From Haliotis rubra (taxonomy: Eukaryota), in the NCBI RefSeq assembly GCF_003918875.1, contig NW_025767357.1:1798001-1862000 (forward strand): a stretch of DNA of 64,000 nucleotides, written 5' to 3'. Position 1 is the stretch's first letter. Each line of letters begins with the position of its first letter. The position numbers were made by a program, and so were the translations under genes. This document shows, piece after piece, positions 10,971-22,435 of this stretch. The notes beneath the pieces were generated by a model. That model was not told where the DNA came from, did not search any database, and saw only the letters and a list, made by a program, of their open reading frames with translations.

Positions 10971-12000
10971 GCCCAAGCTGTTGGTGTTTCGTGATTCACT
11001 TTGTTTGTTCAGTGCGATAACAAATGCTGAATCGTTATCTCCCGTCAAACTGTTGTTGATGAATTTACTTTTGCCAGCAATGAGTCTTTGAACGAAAGCT
11101 TGAAACAGAATCGTTTTGTCAAAACTGCACTTGCACGACTATCGTGCTAATTGTACAGTATTGGTACGTGCAGACATTAATGCATTTGGCAAACAGTTCG
11201 TTTGAAATCTCAAGTTTGGATGTATGCTTTTGTTATTTTCATAATACTTTAATAGTAACAGTTAATAAAACGGAATTTGACATGTCAAAACACGGTGCAC
11301 CCTTACCAGCGTGGATGCACATTCGTGGAAATCATGGAAACGCGAATCACTTGACTGAATGTCACGATTGAGGAATCCAAGCGACAATCAGCAGTTATTT
11401 ATAAAATTATGGACAGAGATGATATCCTGGCTGTAGATGCTGCTCGACAAATACAACCTTTTCAGTTAAAACCACTCTTTGACAACACAAATAACGTGAA
11501 CGATGATTCCTGCAGTTCTAGCAGGGTTGTAGAATCGGCCCCCAATTCTCAAGAACACAGAATTAGAAAACATTAAGTTTGTTTTTTTCATACGATTATG
11601 AGTATATACGCCCAGATTACAGTTTTTGAAATGAGTGAGCATCACAGCACGAATCTATGACAAACTATACTAGGCCTACTGAAAAACAAACCGGAAATGT
11701 TGAGTTTATCATTGCAGTGAATTCTAATTACCATTGATTTATCTACGTGTATAGTGTTTTCAATACTGGGGTAACACAAACAAAAATCCTGCTCTCATCG
11801 ATTTCAGTTGATACATCAATAAGCGAGGGAAGATAGTTTCCTGTAGGCAGATCTCTGTGTGTGTTGTGCACGTGTTGAAATGTGGAATTATTGTCTTTTA
11901 GATTTGTGCTACCACTTTAGGGTACTGCTCAGATGAATATTTACAAATATTTTTTCATATCCGTGATCGTATTTTAAACAGCTCCCAACCAAAATAACTA

Positions 12001-12900
12001 CGAGGGCCTATCAAAAGTGTTGTGCCTAAAATACTTCTGATATGTGCATGATAAAAATAACTGTATGATGATAAATGTTTATATCATTTACATAAACGTA
12101 ACATAGACATGCACATGTCGCTAGTTTCCGGTCACATCTAATCACATGTACACCTAAATAAACCGCAGAAATGGATAAGCTTCAGTAGAGAGCATTCGTA
12201 ACTACTCGTACATTCCGGCATGCCGGATGGCGTCTCGTACCCCTCTCGTGGCCATGTTTACGACTGGGCCCTGTCTAAACGCAAATGGGCATGGATATGA
12301 AAATAGTCTAGTACTATTACCAAGGAAAGAGAACTCTGAATTACCAAACATGGCTCCTAGAATCAAGGATAGTCTACAACGTCTTCTATTCTCCCTGCTA
12401 GAATATTCAATATCCCGTGGGCAAACAGCAATATTGTCATTCCCTTTGTAAATATGTTTCAGTGTTTAAAGTTGCTGATCTATTAGCTCAAAGTTTATGT
12501 TTAAATTGTGCTTTGCATAGTTTAACGAAGTTACAAAGTTCAACGGGGCCACCATTTCCATACTTCGAAATGCGTTTTACTAGGCGCGATTTCATTGGTT
12601 TGCCACGCTTTTTGGCAATAATGGCGAACGATAGGGTACGACTCTTCTTGTAGGTCACGGAAAGAGGCGAGTAGTTACGAATGGAGTAGAGAACAGTTAT
12701 AAAGCGTTTGGTCCTCGAGGGCCAACCAGCGAAGCACATTGAAGAGCGATTGACAGCAGTACGAGTACCCCATGAGACTGAGTACTCGTACTGCGGTCAA
12801 TCGCTCTTCAGTGTGCTTCGCCGGGTGGCCCTTGAGGATCAAACAGTTTATGACTGCTCTGTATTCGAGCGTATCCATTTCTGCTGTTGATAGCCCCTCG
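12001..12900. mobile_element. Mariner-derived foldback element (two inverted 5' ends), TA-flanked
   Basis: TA|CGAGGGCCTATCAA ... TTGATAGCCCCTCG|TA. Both arms encode a mariner N-terminus (MDKLQ*R..VIKRLVLEGQPAKHIEERLTAV and MDTLEYRAVINCLILKGHPAKHTEERLTAV). Confidence 0.85.
12192..12684. mobile_element. Nested non-autonomous DNA transposon inside the mariner element
   Basis: TIR core CATTCGTAACTACTCG at both ends; TSD AGTAGAGA at 12184-12191 and 12685-12692; removing it restores the transposase reading frame. Confidence 0.85.
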
Positions 12901-13379
12901 TATATTTTATGTCGTAATTTACCTACCTCTGAAATTTGTGGTTGTCATTTGGGGTTATTTGATTTAATAAAACCAGTGTCCACGAGGAAAATTCAATATG
13001 GTTGCTATCTTAATACATGAAATATGCCTGTTAAATGCACACAATAGAGTTACCTGGTCTTACCATGGTAACATTTCAGGTGGGATGGCAACTGTATTCC
13101 AGTTCCCACACGTGCTGAGTCAAAGGTTTGCTTCATACATTCCAATTATCAAGATACAATTAGTATGGATTCTGTGTCAGTATTTATTATCAGATGATTA
13201 AAGCAATCCTTTACAGTCTTTACTCGGGCAATTGGGATGTGCATTGGCTGCTCTCGCTAAACATCCATATATCTAAAGGATCATGATGGTTTTCTGTGCT
13301 TGAATAAGGCCTTCCATATTATATGGAGTAAAGCATGAACAATATACTCGACAAAACTGAAAAAGTAATTCTTGAGTTA

Positions 13380-14160
13380 CGCGTGTGCTTAGAAGATGCC
13401 AGAATTTTGGGAATGACACCCATCCTTTCTTCCTGAACATCTTCTTGTAATAACGATAGTCTTGGATGACGCTGATAGCTGGTGACTGCTAGAGACTTAT
13501 GTTGTGAGCTACCAAGAAATCAGTACCGTGTGTGGACCCTAACACTGTTGCTTGGTGGTGGAAAGCCGGTACTACCTGATGATGCCCATCTGTTAGGTTT
13601 CCATGGACATTAACAAGACATGTTCCTCGCCTGTGAGACTTACAGCACCAAATATGTCGACCTTTTTGTATGCAACACCCAGTATAAGGAAGGATAGCAA
13701 TATATGGATGAACAACTTCTTTATTGCTGTGAGAGCGACGTTTCGGTGTAGGTTCTTCATCCATATATATTGTTATCCTTCCTTACTGCCCAAACTTCTA
13801 AATGCCTCCCAAACAAGCTACCCAGTATAACGCTTTCCTCGTAGCCGACAGAGGAGGATCCACCCATTTCACCTTTGAAGAAAGAAACAATATCCATCAC
13901 TAAACAATATGTTATTTCAACGTATAGACGCCACTGATGACGTAAGAAACACCACTGCAGCTGCTGAAGTCCATTAGGGTGAGATAACTCCTAGAACGTC
14001 TTGCTCGGATCGTGACAACTCCTAAAGGCTTGTGAATGTGCACAAATTGGAGGCAGGACAGGAATTTGTGTTGCAGTGTATGTTGCATGAATGTCTTGTT
14101 TCAAAAGTAAAAGACCCGGATGTCGCGATCCTGTGCATCTGTTGTGGGGCCAGATTTCAA
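13380..14160 (-). mobile_element. Ancient Tc1-like relic co-duplicated with the receptor genes
   Basis: IWCCKSHRRGTCLVNVHGNLT resembles Tc1 VWGGISxxGRTxLVxVxGNLT. Homologous to 18970-19760 and 23390-24015. Confidence 0.6.
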
Positions 14161-14869
14161 GTATTTGAATAGTATTTTGCATAATGTTACATAGGCAATG
14201 TTTCAGCCATCCCGCAACGATAACAGTTTATACGTGATATATAAGCAATTAGTACCATATAGTCATGTCGACTATGGACAGTAAAACAACTCCAGTATCG
14301 CACATCTGTATTTAATACCAACATGTAACCATACCCAGAAGTCAGTATACACAATACAATATGGACTATAGATGCCAGGAGCTGAAGGTAGGTCCCTATA
14401 AACAGGACCATGGTGACTTCAGTACTTTAGGATATCACCTGTATTTACAGCATCGCTGCAGGTGTTGACGTTTGCCAAGCATAAAACACATAGTCTACGA
14501 CCAAAACAGAAGTGGACGACTAGATCTTGGGTACATTTCAAGCTGACAGTGAGTTTGCAAAATGGGTAGGTGTTAGGACAACCTTCGAAACATAACCAGC
14601 AGGCGTGAGAAGATGAATCACAGACACAATTAAGACATTTACAAAAGGAAGGATTATTAAAATTTCGTTCTCGACTCTGATCCCTGATCTACTACCCAGA
14701 TTGGTAGTGAGAAACACACAATGTAAAACATATTAGATTCACTGGTTTACTTTAGACATTATTATCAGAATATTCCTGAAACAGTGATGATAAATAATAT
14801 GCTTTTAAAGAATGTATTTCACAATTCATCACTATTTCGTATTTTTCAGGTGAACAGTTGTCTGTTTGC

Positions 14870-15045
14870 ATATGTTACTGACTGGTGCTATTGGTTAGGC
14901 AGGATATGGTTACCTTTTCATTCTTTGATAGTCATTCACAAACACATGCTCTGTCATCATATCTAGTGATTGTCTGGTCCAGACCCGACTGTTCACAGGC
15001 CGCAATATACAGCTGGAATACTGTTGAATGCAGCGTCAAACAAAC
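14870..15045 (+). mobile_element. Decayed SINE family B
   Basis: GATTGTCTGGTCCAGAC..CCGCAATATACAGCTGGAATACTGTTGAATGCAGCGTCAAACAAAC; duplicated at about 20960-21135. Confidence 0.7.
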
Positions 15046-15159
15046 ACATACTGATGATAGTGTCACAGTGGTACAGCTGTGCCGATAGCAGAGATTTCTT
15101 ACGGGTGTGGACAGGGTTTTGTCATTGTTATTTACTGAATATATTGTTGACCTGGAGAA

Positions 15160-16380
15160 TCAGTACAGTCCACGCATGGCATAGAAGAAGAACATGCTGG
15201 CAACAATGTTGACAATGGTGAACACCTTTAAGCCGAGTCTATCCAGCATGGCAGCGATGTCCGACCCAACAACTACTTTAATCCCTGTGCCTTCTTCATG
15301 CGTATCGGGAGCCTGGTCAGTGGTTTTGACTTTGACTATGTCATCAGCAAGGATCTTGATCTTCTTGTCTTGCAAGAGATACGTCAGCAAGCGGGTTGCC
15401 CTTATGTACCTTTGGTCTCGGTGGTGGAAGGCGAGGATGACAACGGTGACGATGGTGGCCACCATGCTGAGAAAGACTTCAGTAGCTAGATAGGCACTGA
15501 AGTAACATACTCCGTCTGAGTTCTCAGGAAGAGCATCGTTGACGAGTGTGAGGAACACAGCATAGGAAAGCATAACAGAGATGCAGAGGGTGATCTTCTC
15601 TCCCGAGTTGGCAGGCAGAGCAAAGACGAGGGAGTTCAATAGAGACAGAAACACTATTGGCAAGATCATGTTGACAATGTAGAACAGGGTCTTACGTTTT
15701 ATGTTTAAGGTGAATTCCACCCGGAAATGTCGGCTTCTGTGTTGCCAAACCTTTTGTGGAACTATTTCTTCAAGCTCCCACTCCCCATTTTCCTCATAAT
15801 CCATGTGCAATACTGGTTCTGGAGCTAGATCAAGGTTTACAATCTTCTTTTTACAGCTCAACGGCTGCAGGATCAGCTTGCAGTACTGGGTGTCGAAAGG
15901 GTAGTGACGGACATCTACCTTGCAGTAGGTCTTGTAAAAGTCCCCAGGAAACCATATTATGGTACCTGTCGACTCCAGATAGACTTTCAAGTTCATGTTA
16001 CCAATTTGGCCGTAATTGGAAACGGCATTCTGCACGATGACGTCTGGGAGCCAGAGCTTGTCTGTTGGCACATAGATGACCTCCGTGTTGTATTCCTTCG
16101 GATCCCATTTGAGAAGAGGCTCCTTCCACGTCAGGCCAAACATGGCTGACAGACTTAGAACTTGATCCTTTTCGTTGAGATCCACCAACGAGTTAATTCT
16201 CATCCAGATGTCAATGCTCCAGTTCAATGAATTGTTTTGGTTTGGCCAAACCAGAGGGTCGTAATTCTTGAAGATATCTTTAAACAGCTGACTCTCGTTC
16301 TTTGGTACAGGCAAAGTTTCGGGGCCCGACATTTTTGCATGACATACTGAAACAAGGACAACGAGCACACCCAGAAACAT
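15160..16380 (-). CDS. Atypical nAChR-like subunit, group A copy 3 (406 aa from MFLGV; in-frame upstream ATG at 16449)
   Basis: Recent duplicate of copy 2 (about 15 aa differences), intact ORF, Cys-loop CKVDVRHYPFDTQYC, GEK-M2. Confidence 0.93.
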   Translation of the reverse strand: MFLGVLVVLVSVCHAKMSGPETLPVPKNESQLFKDIFKNYDPLVWPNQNNSLNWSIDIWMRINSLVDLNEKDQVLSLSAMFGLTWKEPLLKWDPKEYNTEVIYVPTDKLWLPDVIVQNAVSNYGQIGNMNLKVYLESTGTIIWFPGDFYKTYCKVDVRHYPFDTQYCKLILQPLSCKKKIVNLDLAPEPVLHMDYEENGEWELEEIVPQKVWQHRSRHFRVEFTLNIKRKTLFYIVNMILPIVFLSLLNSLVFALPANSGEKITLCISVMLSYAVFLTLVNDALPENSDGVCYFSAYLATEVFLSMVATIVTVVILAFHHRDQRYIRATRLLTYLLQDKKIKILADDIVKVKTTDQAPDTHEEGTGIKVVVGSDIAAMLDRLGLKVFTIVNIVASMFFFYAMRGLY

Positions 16381-17743
16381 GTTAAATGAACTGATGATGT
16401 CTTTCCCAGGCGATAGCACGTCTATGATTAAAACGTTGGGTGTCTCCATACATCAGGGAGAATCGAAGGTACTTTATGTCAGAAGTAACCCTTTTTAAGA
16501 AGATGCCATCCGTTCGTATTCTTCATATTTACAAAGAGCCAAGTGTTATTATTCATAATTGTACTTCATTAATGCCATGACATCAGCGATAGCGACAATA
16601 GATAATATTTAAAGTACAAATATTACCCCTTGGGAAACAGTAGACTTGTCCTCTCACAATGTGCAGAGGCTGTGGGAGCTTGAAATATAGGAAGCATTAT
16701 CTCAAACTAAAGAAAGGTATTTATAGCCCTAACTGTTGGTATTACGTGATTCACTTTGTTTGTTCAGTGCGATAACAAATGCTGAATCGTTATCTCCCGT
16801 CAAACTGTTGTTGATGAATTTACTTTTGCCAGTAATGAGTCTTTGAACGAAAGCTTGAAACAGAATCGTTTTGTCAATACTGCACTTGCACGACTATCGT
16901 GCTAATTGTACAGTATTGGTACGTGCAGACATTAATGCATATGGCAAACAGTTCGTTTGAAATCTCAAGTTTGGATGTATGCTTTTGTTATTTTCATAAT
17001 ACTTTAATCGTAACAGTTAATAAAACGGAATTTGACATGTCAAAACACGGTGCACCCTTACCAGCGTGGATGCACATTCGTGGAGATCATGGAAACGCGA
17101 ATCACTTGACTGAATGCCACGATTGAGGAATCCAAGCGACAATCAGCAGTTATTTATAAAATTATGGACAGAGATGATATCCTGGTTGTAGATGCTGCTC
17201 GACAAATACAACCTTTTCAGTTAAAAACCACAACGCAAATAACGCGAACGATGATTCCAGCAGTTCTAGCAGGGTTGTGGAATCAGCCTCCAATTCTGAA
17301 GAACACAGAATTAGAGAACATTAAGTTGTTTTTTCCATACGATTATGAGTATATACGCCCAGATTAGTTTTTGAAATGAGTGAGCATCACAGCACGAATC
17401 TATGACAAACTATACTAGGCCTACTGAAAAACAAACCGGAAATGTTGAGTTTATCATTGCAGTGAATTCTAATTACCATTGATTTATCTACGTGTATAGT
17501 GTTTTCAATACTGGGGTAACACAAACAAAAATCCTGCTCTCATCGATTTCAGTTGATACATCAATAAGCGAGGGAAGATAGTTTCCTGTAGGCAGATCTC
17601 TGTGTGTCTTGCACGTGTTGAAATGTGGAATTATTGTCTTTTAGATTTGTGCTACCACTTTAGGGTACTGCTCAGATGAATATTTACAAATATTTTTTCA
17701 TATTCGTGATCGTATTTTAAACAGCTCCCAACCAAAATAACTA

Positions 17744-18643
17744 CGAGGGCCTATCAAAAGTGTTGTGCCTAAAATACTTCTGATATGTGCATGATAAAAA
17801 TAACTGTATGATGATAAAGGTTTATATCATTTACATAAACGTAACATAGACATGCACATGTCGCTAGTTTCCGGTCACATCTAATCACATGTACACCTAA
17901 ATAAACCGCAGAAACGGATAAGCTTCAGTAGAGAGCATTCGTAACTACTCGTACATTCCCGAATGCCGGATGGCGTCTCGTACCCCTCGCGTGGCCATGT
18001 TTACGACTGGGCCCTGTCTAAACGCAAATGGGCATGGATATGAAAATAGTCTAGTACTATTACCAAGGAAAGAGAACTCTGAATTTGCAAACATGGCTCC
18101 TAGAATCAAGGATAATCTACAGCATCTTCTATTCTTCCTGCTAAAATATTCTATGTCCCGTGGGCAAAACAGCAATATTGTCATTCCCTTTGTAAATATG
18201 TTTCAGTGTTTAAAGTTGCTGATCTATTAGCTCAAAGTTTATGTTTAAATTGTGCTTTGCATAGTTTAACGAAGTTACAAAGTTCAACAGGGCCGCCATT
18301 TCCATGCTTCGAAATGCGTTTTACTAGGCGCGATTTCATTGGTTTGCCACGTTTCTTGGCAATAATGGCGTACGATAGGGTACAACTCTTCTTGTAGGTC
18401 ACGGAAAAAGGCGAGTAGTTACGAATGGAGTAGAGAACAGTTATAAAGCGTTTGGTCCTCGAGGGCCAACCAGCGAAGCACATTGAAGAGCGATTGACAG
18501 CAGTACGAGTACCCCATGAGACTCAGTACTCGTACGCGGTCAATCGCTCTTCAGTGTGCTTCGCCGGGTGGCCCTTGAGGATCAAACAGTTTATGACTGC
18601 TCTGTACTCTAGCGTATCCATTTCTGCCGTTGATAACCCCTCG
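17744..18643. mobile_element. Second copy of the mariner foldback element, with nested element at 17935-18428
   Basis: Near-identical to 12001-12900, same TIRs, hairpin and AGTAGAGA TSD. Confidence 0.85.
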
Positions 18644-18969
18644 TTTATTTAGGTCTTACCATGGTAACATTTGAGGTGGGATGGCAACTGTATTCCAGTT
18701 CCCACACGTGCTGAGTCAAAGGTTTGCTTCATACATTCCAACTATCAAGATACAATTAGTATGGATTTTGTGTCAGTATTTATTATCAGATGATTAAAGC
18801 AATCCTTTACAGTCTTTACTCTGGCAATTGGGATGTGCATTAGCTGCTCTCGCTAAACATCCATATATCTAAAGGATCATGATGGTTTTCTGTGCGTGAA
18901 TAAGGACTTCCTTATTATAAGAGTAAAGCATGAATGATATACTCGCCCATAGTGCAAAAGTAATTCTTG

Positions 18970-19760
18970 AGTTACGCGTGTGCTTAGAAGATGCCAGAAT
19001 CTGTGGAACGACACCCATCCTTTCTTCCTGAACATCTTCTTGTAATAACGGTAGTCTTGGATGACGCTGATAGCTGGTGACTGCTAGAGAGTTATGTTGT
19101 GAGCTACGAAGCCATCAGTACCGTGTGTGGACCCTAACACTGTTGCTTGGTGGTGGAAAGCCGGTACTACCTGATGATGCCCATCTGATAGGTTTCCATG
19201 GACATTAACAAGACATGTTCCTCGCCTGTGAGACTTACCACACCAAATATGTCGACCTCTTTTATGCAACACCCAGTATAAGGAAGGATAGCAATATATG
19301 GATGAACAACTTCTTTATTGCCGTGAGAGCGACGTTTCGGTGTAGGTTCTTCATCCATATATTGTTATCCTTCCTTACTGCCCCAACTTCTAAATGCCTC
19401 TCAAACAAGTTACCCAGTATAACGCTTTCCTCGTAGCCGACAGAGGAGGATCCACCCATTTCTCCTTTGAAGAAAGAAACAATATCCATCACTGAACAAT
19501 ATGTTATTTCAACGTTGGAGACGCCACTGATGACGTAAGCAACACCACTGCAGCTGCTGAAGTCCATTGGGGTTAGATAACGCCTAGAACGTCTTGCTCG
19601 GATCCTGACAACTCCTAAATGCTTGTGGATGTGCACAAATTGGAGGCAGGACAGGAATTTGTGCTGGAGTGTATGTTGCATGAATATCTTGTTTCAAAAG
19701 TAAAAGACCCGGATGTCGCCATCCTGTGCATCTGTTGTGGGCCAGATTTCAAGTGTTTGA
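18970..19760 (-). mobile_element. Ancient Tc1-like relic (duplicate)
   Basis: Homologous to 13380-14160. Confidence 0.6.
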
Positions 19761-19763
19761 ATT

Positions 19764-20050
19764 GTATTTTGCTAACAGTCATGATCACTATTTTATGCTT
19801 TACAGTACTGTTGAAATGACAGTAAATTGTCATTTGAAGAAATTATGTTAATGTCAACGTAATGGCCAATATCAGGTGGGTGTTATGCCCCTTGTTGAAT
19901 TCAAGACGAATGGTGCTGTTCCATGTCAAAAGTCATCGTAAACAATGAACACGAATTATTACAGAACATAAAGAAATGGTGCTGACATCGCATTCGATAA
20001 TAAATACCAAACCAGCAACAGCAAGGTATAATTGTTGGAACCAAAGTCAG
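19764..20050 (+). pseudogene. 3' relic of a group B receptor gene (end of M4, stop codon and 3' flank)
   Basis: Encodes LLTVMITILCFTVLLK* versus LLTVMITILCFALLLKE* of the gene at 26389-27591. Downstream sequence aligns with 27590-27810 (cccttgtt..ttcaagac.aatg; tacagaa...aagaaatggtg). Confidence 0.85.
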
Positions 20051-20959
20051 CTTCAACCAGTCTCATATTACATTTTCCTCTGACCGATATCAGACATCAA
20101 CGTGCCCACTTAGAATCAAGCTTGCTCCCAATAGGCAAAGGTTCAGTTTGTGTCATGAATGTAATGTTCCTGACCCAGGCATTATGCTTCACAGGCACAG
20201 GTTGTAACCCAATATCCTATAGTCCGAGAGTTACCCCAACAAGACGCTGGTGGTAGGTGAGAGAGTGAGTTCGAATTTAATGTTACATAGGCAATGTTTC
20301 AGCCATACCGCAATGAAAACAGTTTATACGTGATATATAAGCAATACGTCATGTCGACTATGGACAGTAAAACAACTCCAGTATCGCACATCTGTATTTA
20401 ATACCAACATGTAACCATACCCAGAAGTCACTATACACAATACAATATGGACTATAGATGCAAGGAGCTGAAGGTAGGTCCCTATAAACAGGACCATGGT
20501 GACTTCAGTACTTTAGCATATTTCCTGTATTTACAGCATCGTTGCAGGTGTTGACGTTTGCCAAGCATAATAACACATAGTCTACGACCAAAAGAGTAGT
20601 GGACGACTAGATCTTGGGTACATTTCAAGCTGACAGTGAGTTTGCAAAATGGGTAGGTGTTAGGACAACCTTCGAAACATAACCAGCAGGCGTGAGAAGA
20701 TGAATCACAGACACAATTAAGACATTGACAAAAGAAAGGATTATTAAAATTTCGTTCTCGAATCTGATCCCTGATCTACTACCCAGATTGGTAGTGAGAA
20801 ACACACAATGTAAAACATATTAGATTCACTGGTTTACTTGAGACATTATTATCAGAATATTCCTGAAACAGTGATGATAAATAATACGCTTTTAAAGAAT
20901 GTATTTCACAATTCATCACTATTTCGTATTTTTCAGGTGAAAAGTTGTCTATCCTTTGC

Positions 20960-21135
20960 ATATGTTACTGACTGGTGCTATTGGTTAGGCAGGATACGGT
21001 TAACATTTCATTCTTTGATAGTCATTCACAAACACATGCTCTGTCATCATATCTAATGATTGTCTGGTCCAGTCCCGACTGTTCACAGACCGCAATATAC
21101 AGCTGGAATACTGTTGAATGCGGTGTCAAACAAAC
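20960..21135 (+). mobile_element. Decayed SINE family B (duplicate of 14870-15045)
   Basis: Same motifs as 14870-15045. Confidence 0.7.
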
Positions 21136-21215
21136 ACATACTGATGATACTGTCTTACGGGAGTGGACAGGGTTTTGTCATTGTTATTTACTGAATATAT
21201 TGTTGACAAGGTAGA

Positions 21216-22435
21216 TCAGTACAGTCCAGACATGGCATAGAAGAAGGACATGCTGGCAACGATGTTGACAATGGTGAACACCTTAAAGCCGAGTCCATCC
21301 AGCGCAGCAGCGATGTCGGACCCAAGAACCACTTTAATCCCTGTGCAATCATCATGTGTATCGGGAGCCTGGTCAATGGTTTTGACTTTGACTATGTCAT
21401 CAGCATTGATCTTGATCTTCTTGTCTGGCAAGAGATACGTCAGCAAGCGGGTTGCCCTTATGTACCTTGGGTCTCGGTGGTGGAATGCCAAGTTGACAAC
21501 GGCGACGATGGTGGCCGCCATGCTGAGAAAGATTTCAGTAGCTAGATAGGCACTGAAGTAACATACTCCGTCTGAATTCTCGGGAAGAGCGTCGTTGACG
21601 AGTGTGAGGAACACAGCATAGGAAAGCATAACAGAGATGCAGAGGGTGATCTTCTCTCCCGAGTTGGCAGGCAGAGCAAAGACGAGGGAGTTCAATAGAG
21701 ACAGAAACACTATTGGCAGGATCATGTTGACAATGTAGAACAAGGTTTTACGCTTCATGTTTAAGGTGAATTCCACACGGAAATGACTGCCCCTGTCTTG
21801 CCAAACCTTTTGTGGAACTATTTCTTCCAGCCCCACTCCCCATTTTCCTCATAATTCATGTACACAATTGGTTCTGGAGCTAGATCAAGGTTTACAATCT
21901 TCCTTTCACAGCTCAACGGCTGCAGGATCATCTTACAGTACTGGGTGTCGAAAGGGTAGTGACGGACATCTACCTTGCAGTAGGTCTTGTAAAAGTCCCC
22001 AGGAAACCATATTATGGTACCTGTCGACTCCAGATAGACTTTCAAGTTCCTGTTACCAATTTGGCCGTAATTGGAAACGGCGTTCTGCACGATGACGTCT
22101 GGCAGCCAGAGCTTGTCTGTTGGCACATAGATGACCTCCGTGTTGTATTCCTTCGGATCCCATTTGAGAAGAGGCTCCTTCCACGTCAGTCCAAACATGG
22201 CTGACAGACTTAGAACTTGATCTTTTTCGTTGAGATCAACCAACGAGTTAATACTCATCCAGACGTCAATGCTCCACTTCGGAGAATTGTTTTGGTTTGG
22301 CCAAACCAGAGGGTCGTAATTCCTGAAGATATCTTTAAACAGTTGACTCTCGTTCTTTGCCACTGGCAAAGATTCGGAGCCTGACAGTGCGGCACGACAT
22401 ATTGAAACAAGGACAACGAGCACACCCAGAATCAT
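21216..22435 (-). pseudogene. Atypical nAChR-like subunit, group A copy 4, split by a 1-nt deletion near 21832 (pseudogene or assembly error)
   Basis: ORFs 21818-22435 (extracellular domain) and 21216-21836 (TM domain) overlap in different frames. TGG-GAG-CTG of the paralogues reads TGG-GG-CTG here. No other disablements seen. Confidence 0.85.

Larger units (their letters stand above)
9383..21208. repeat. Recent tandem segmental duplication, two ~5.8-6.0 kb units (about 9383-15151 and 15142-21208), each holding one group A gene plus spacer
   Basis: Long near-identical non-coding stretches (e.g. 11630-12200 vs 17375-17945; 14185-15140 vs 20280-21205) with the same embedded TEs. Unit-specific deletions near 14180 and 18650. 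Confidence 0.93.

Noticed and set aside
9401-16380. Whole-gene positive selection between A copies 2 and 3
   Set aside because: Rough manual count gives about equal silent and replacement changes, implying dN/dS below 1. Only a site-specific hypothesis is kept.
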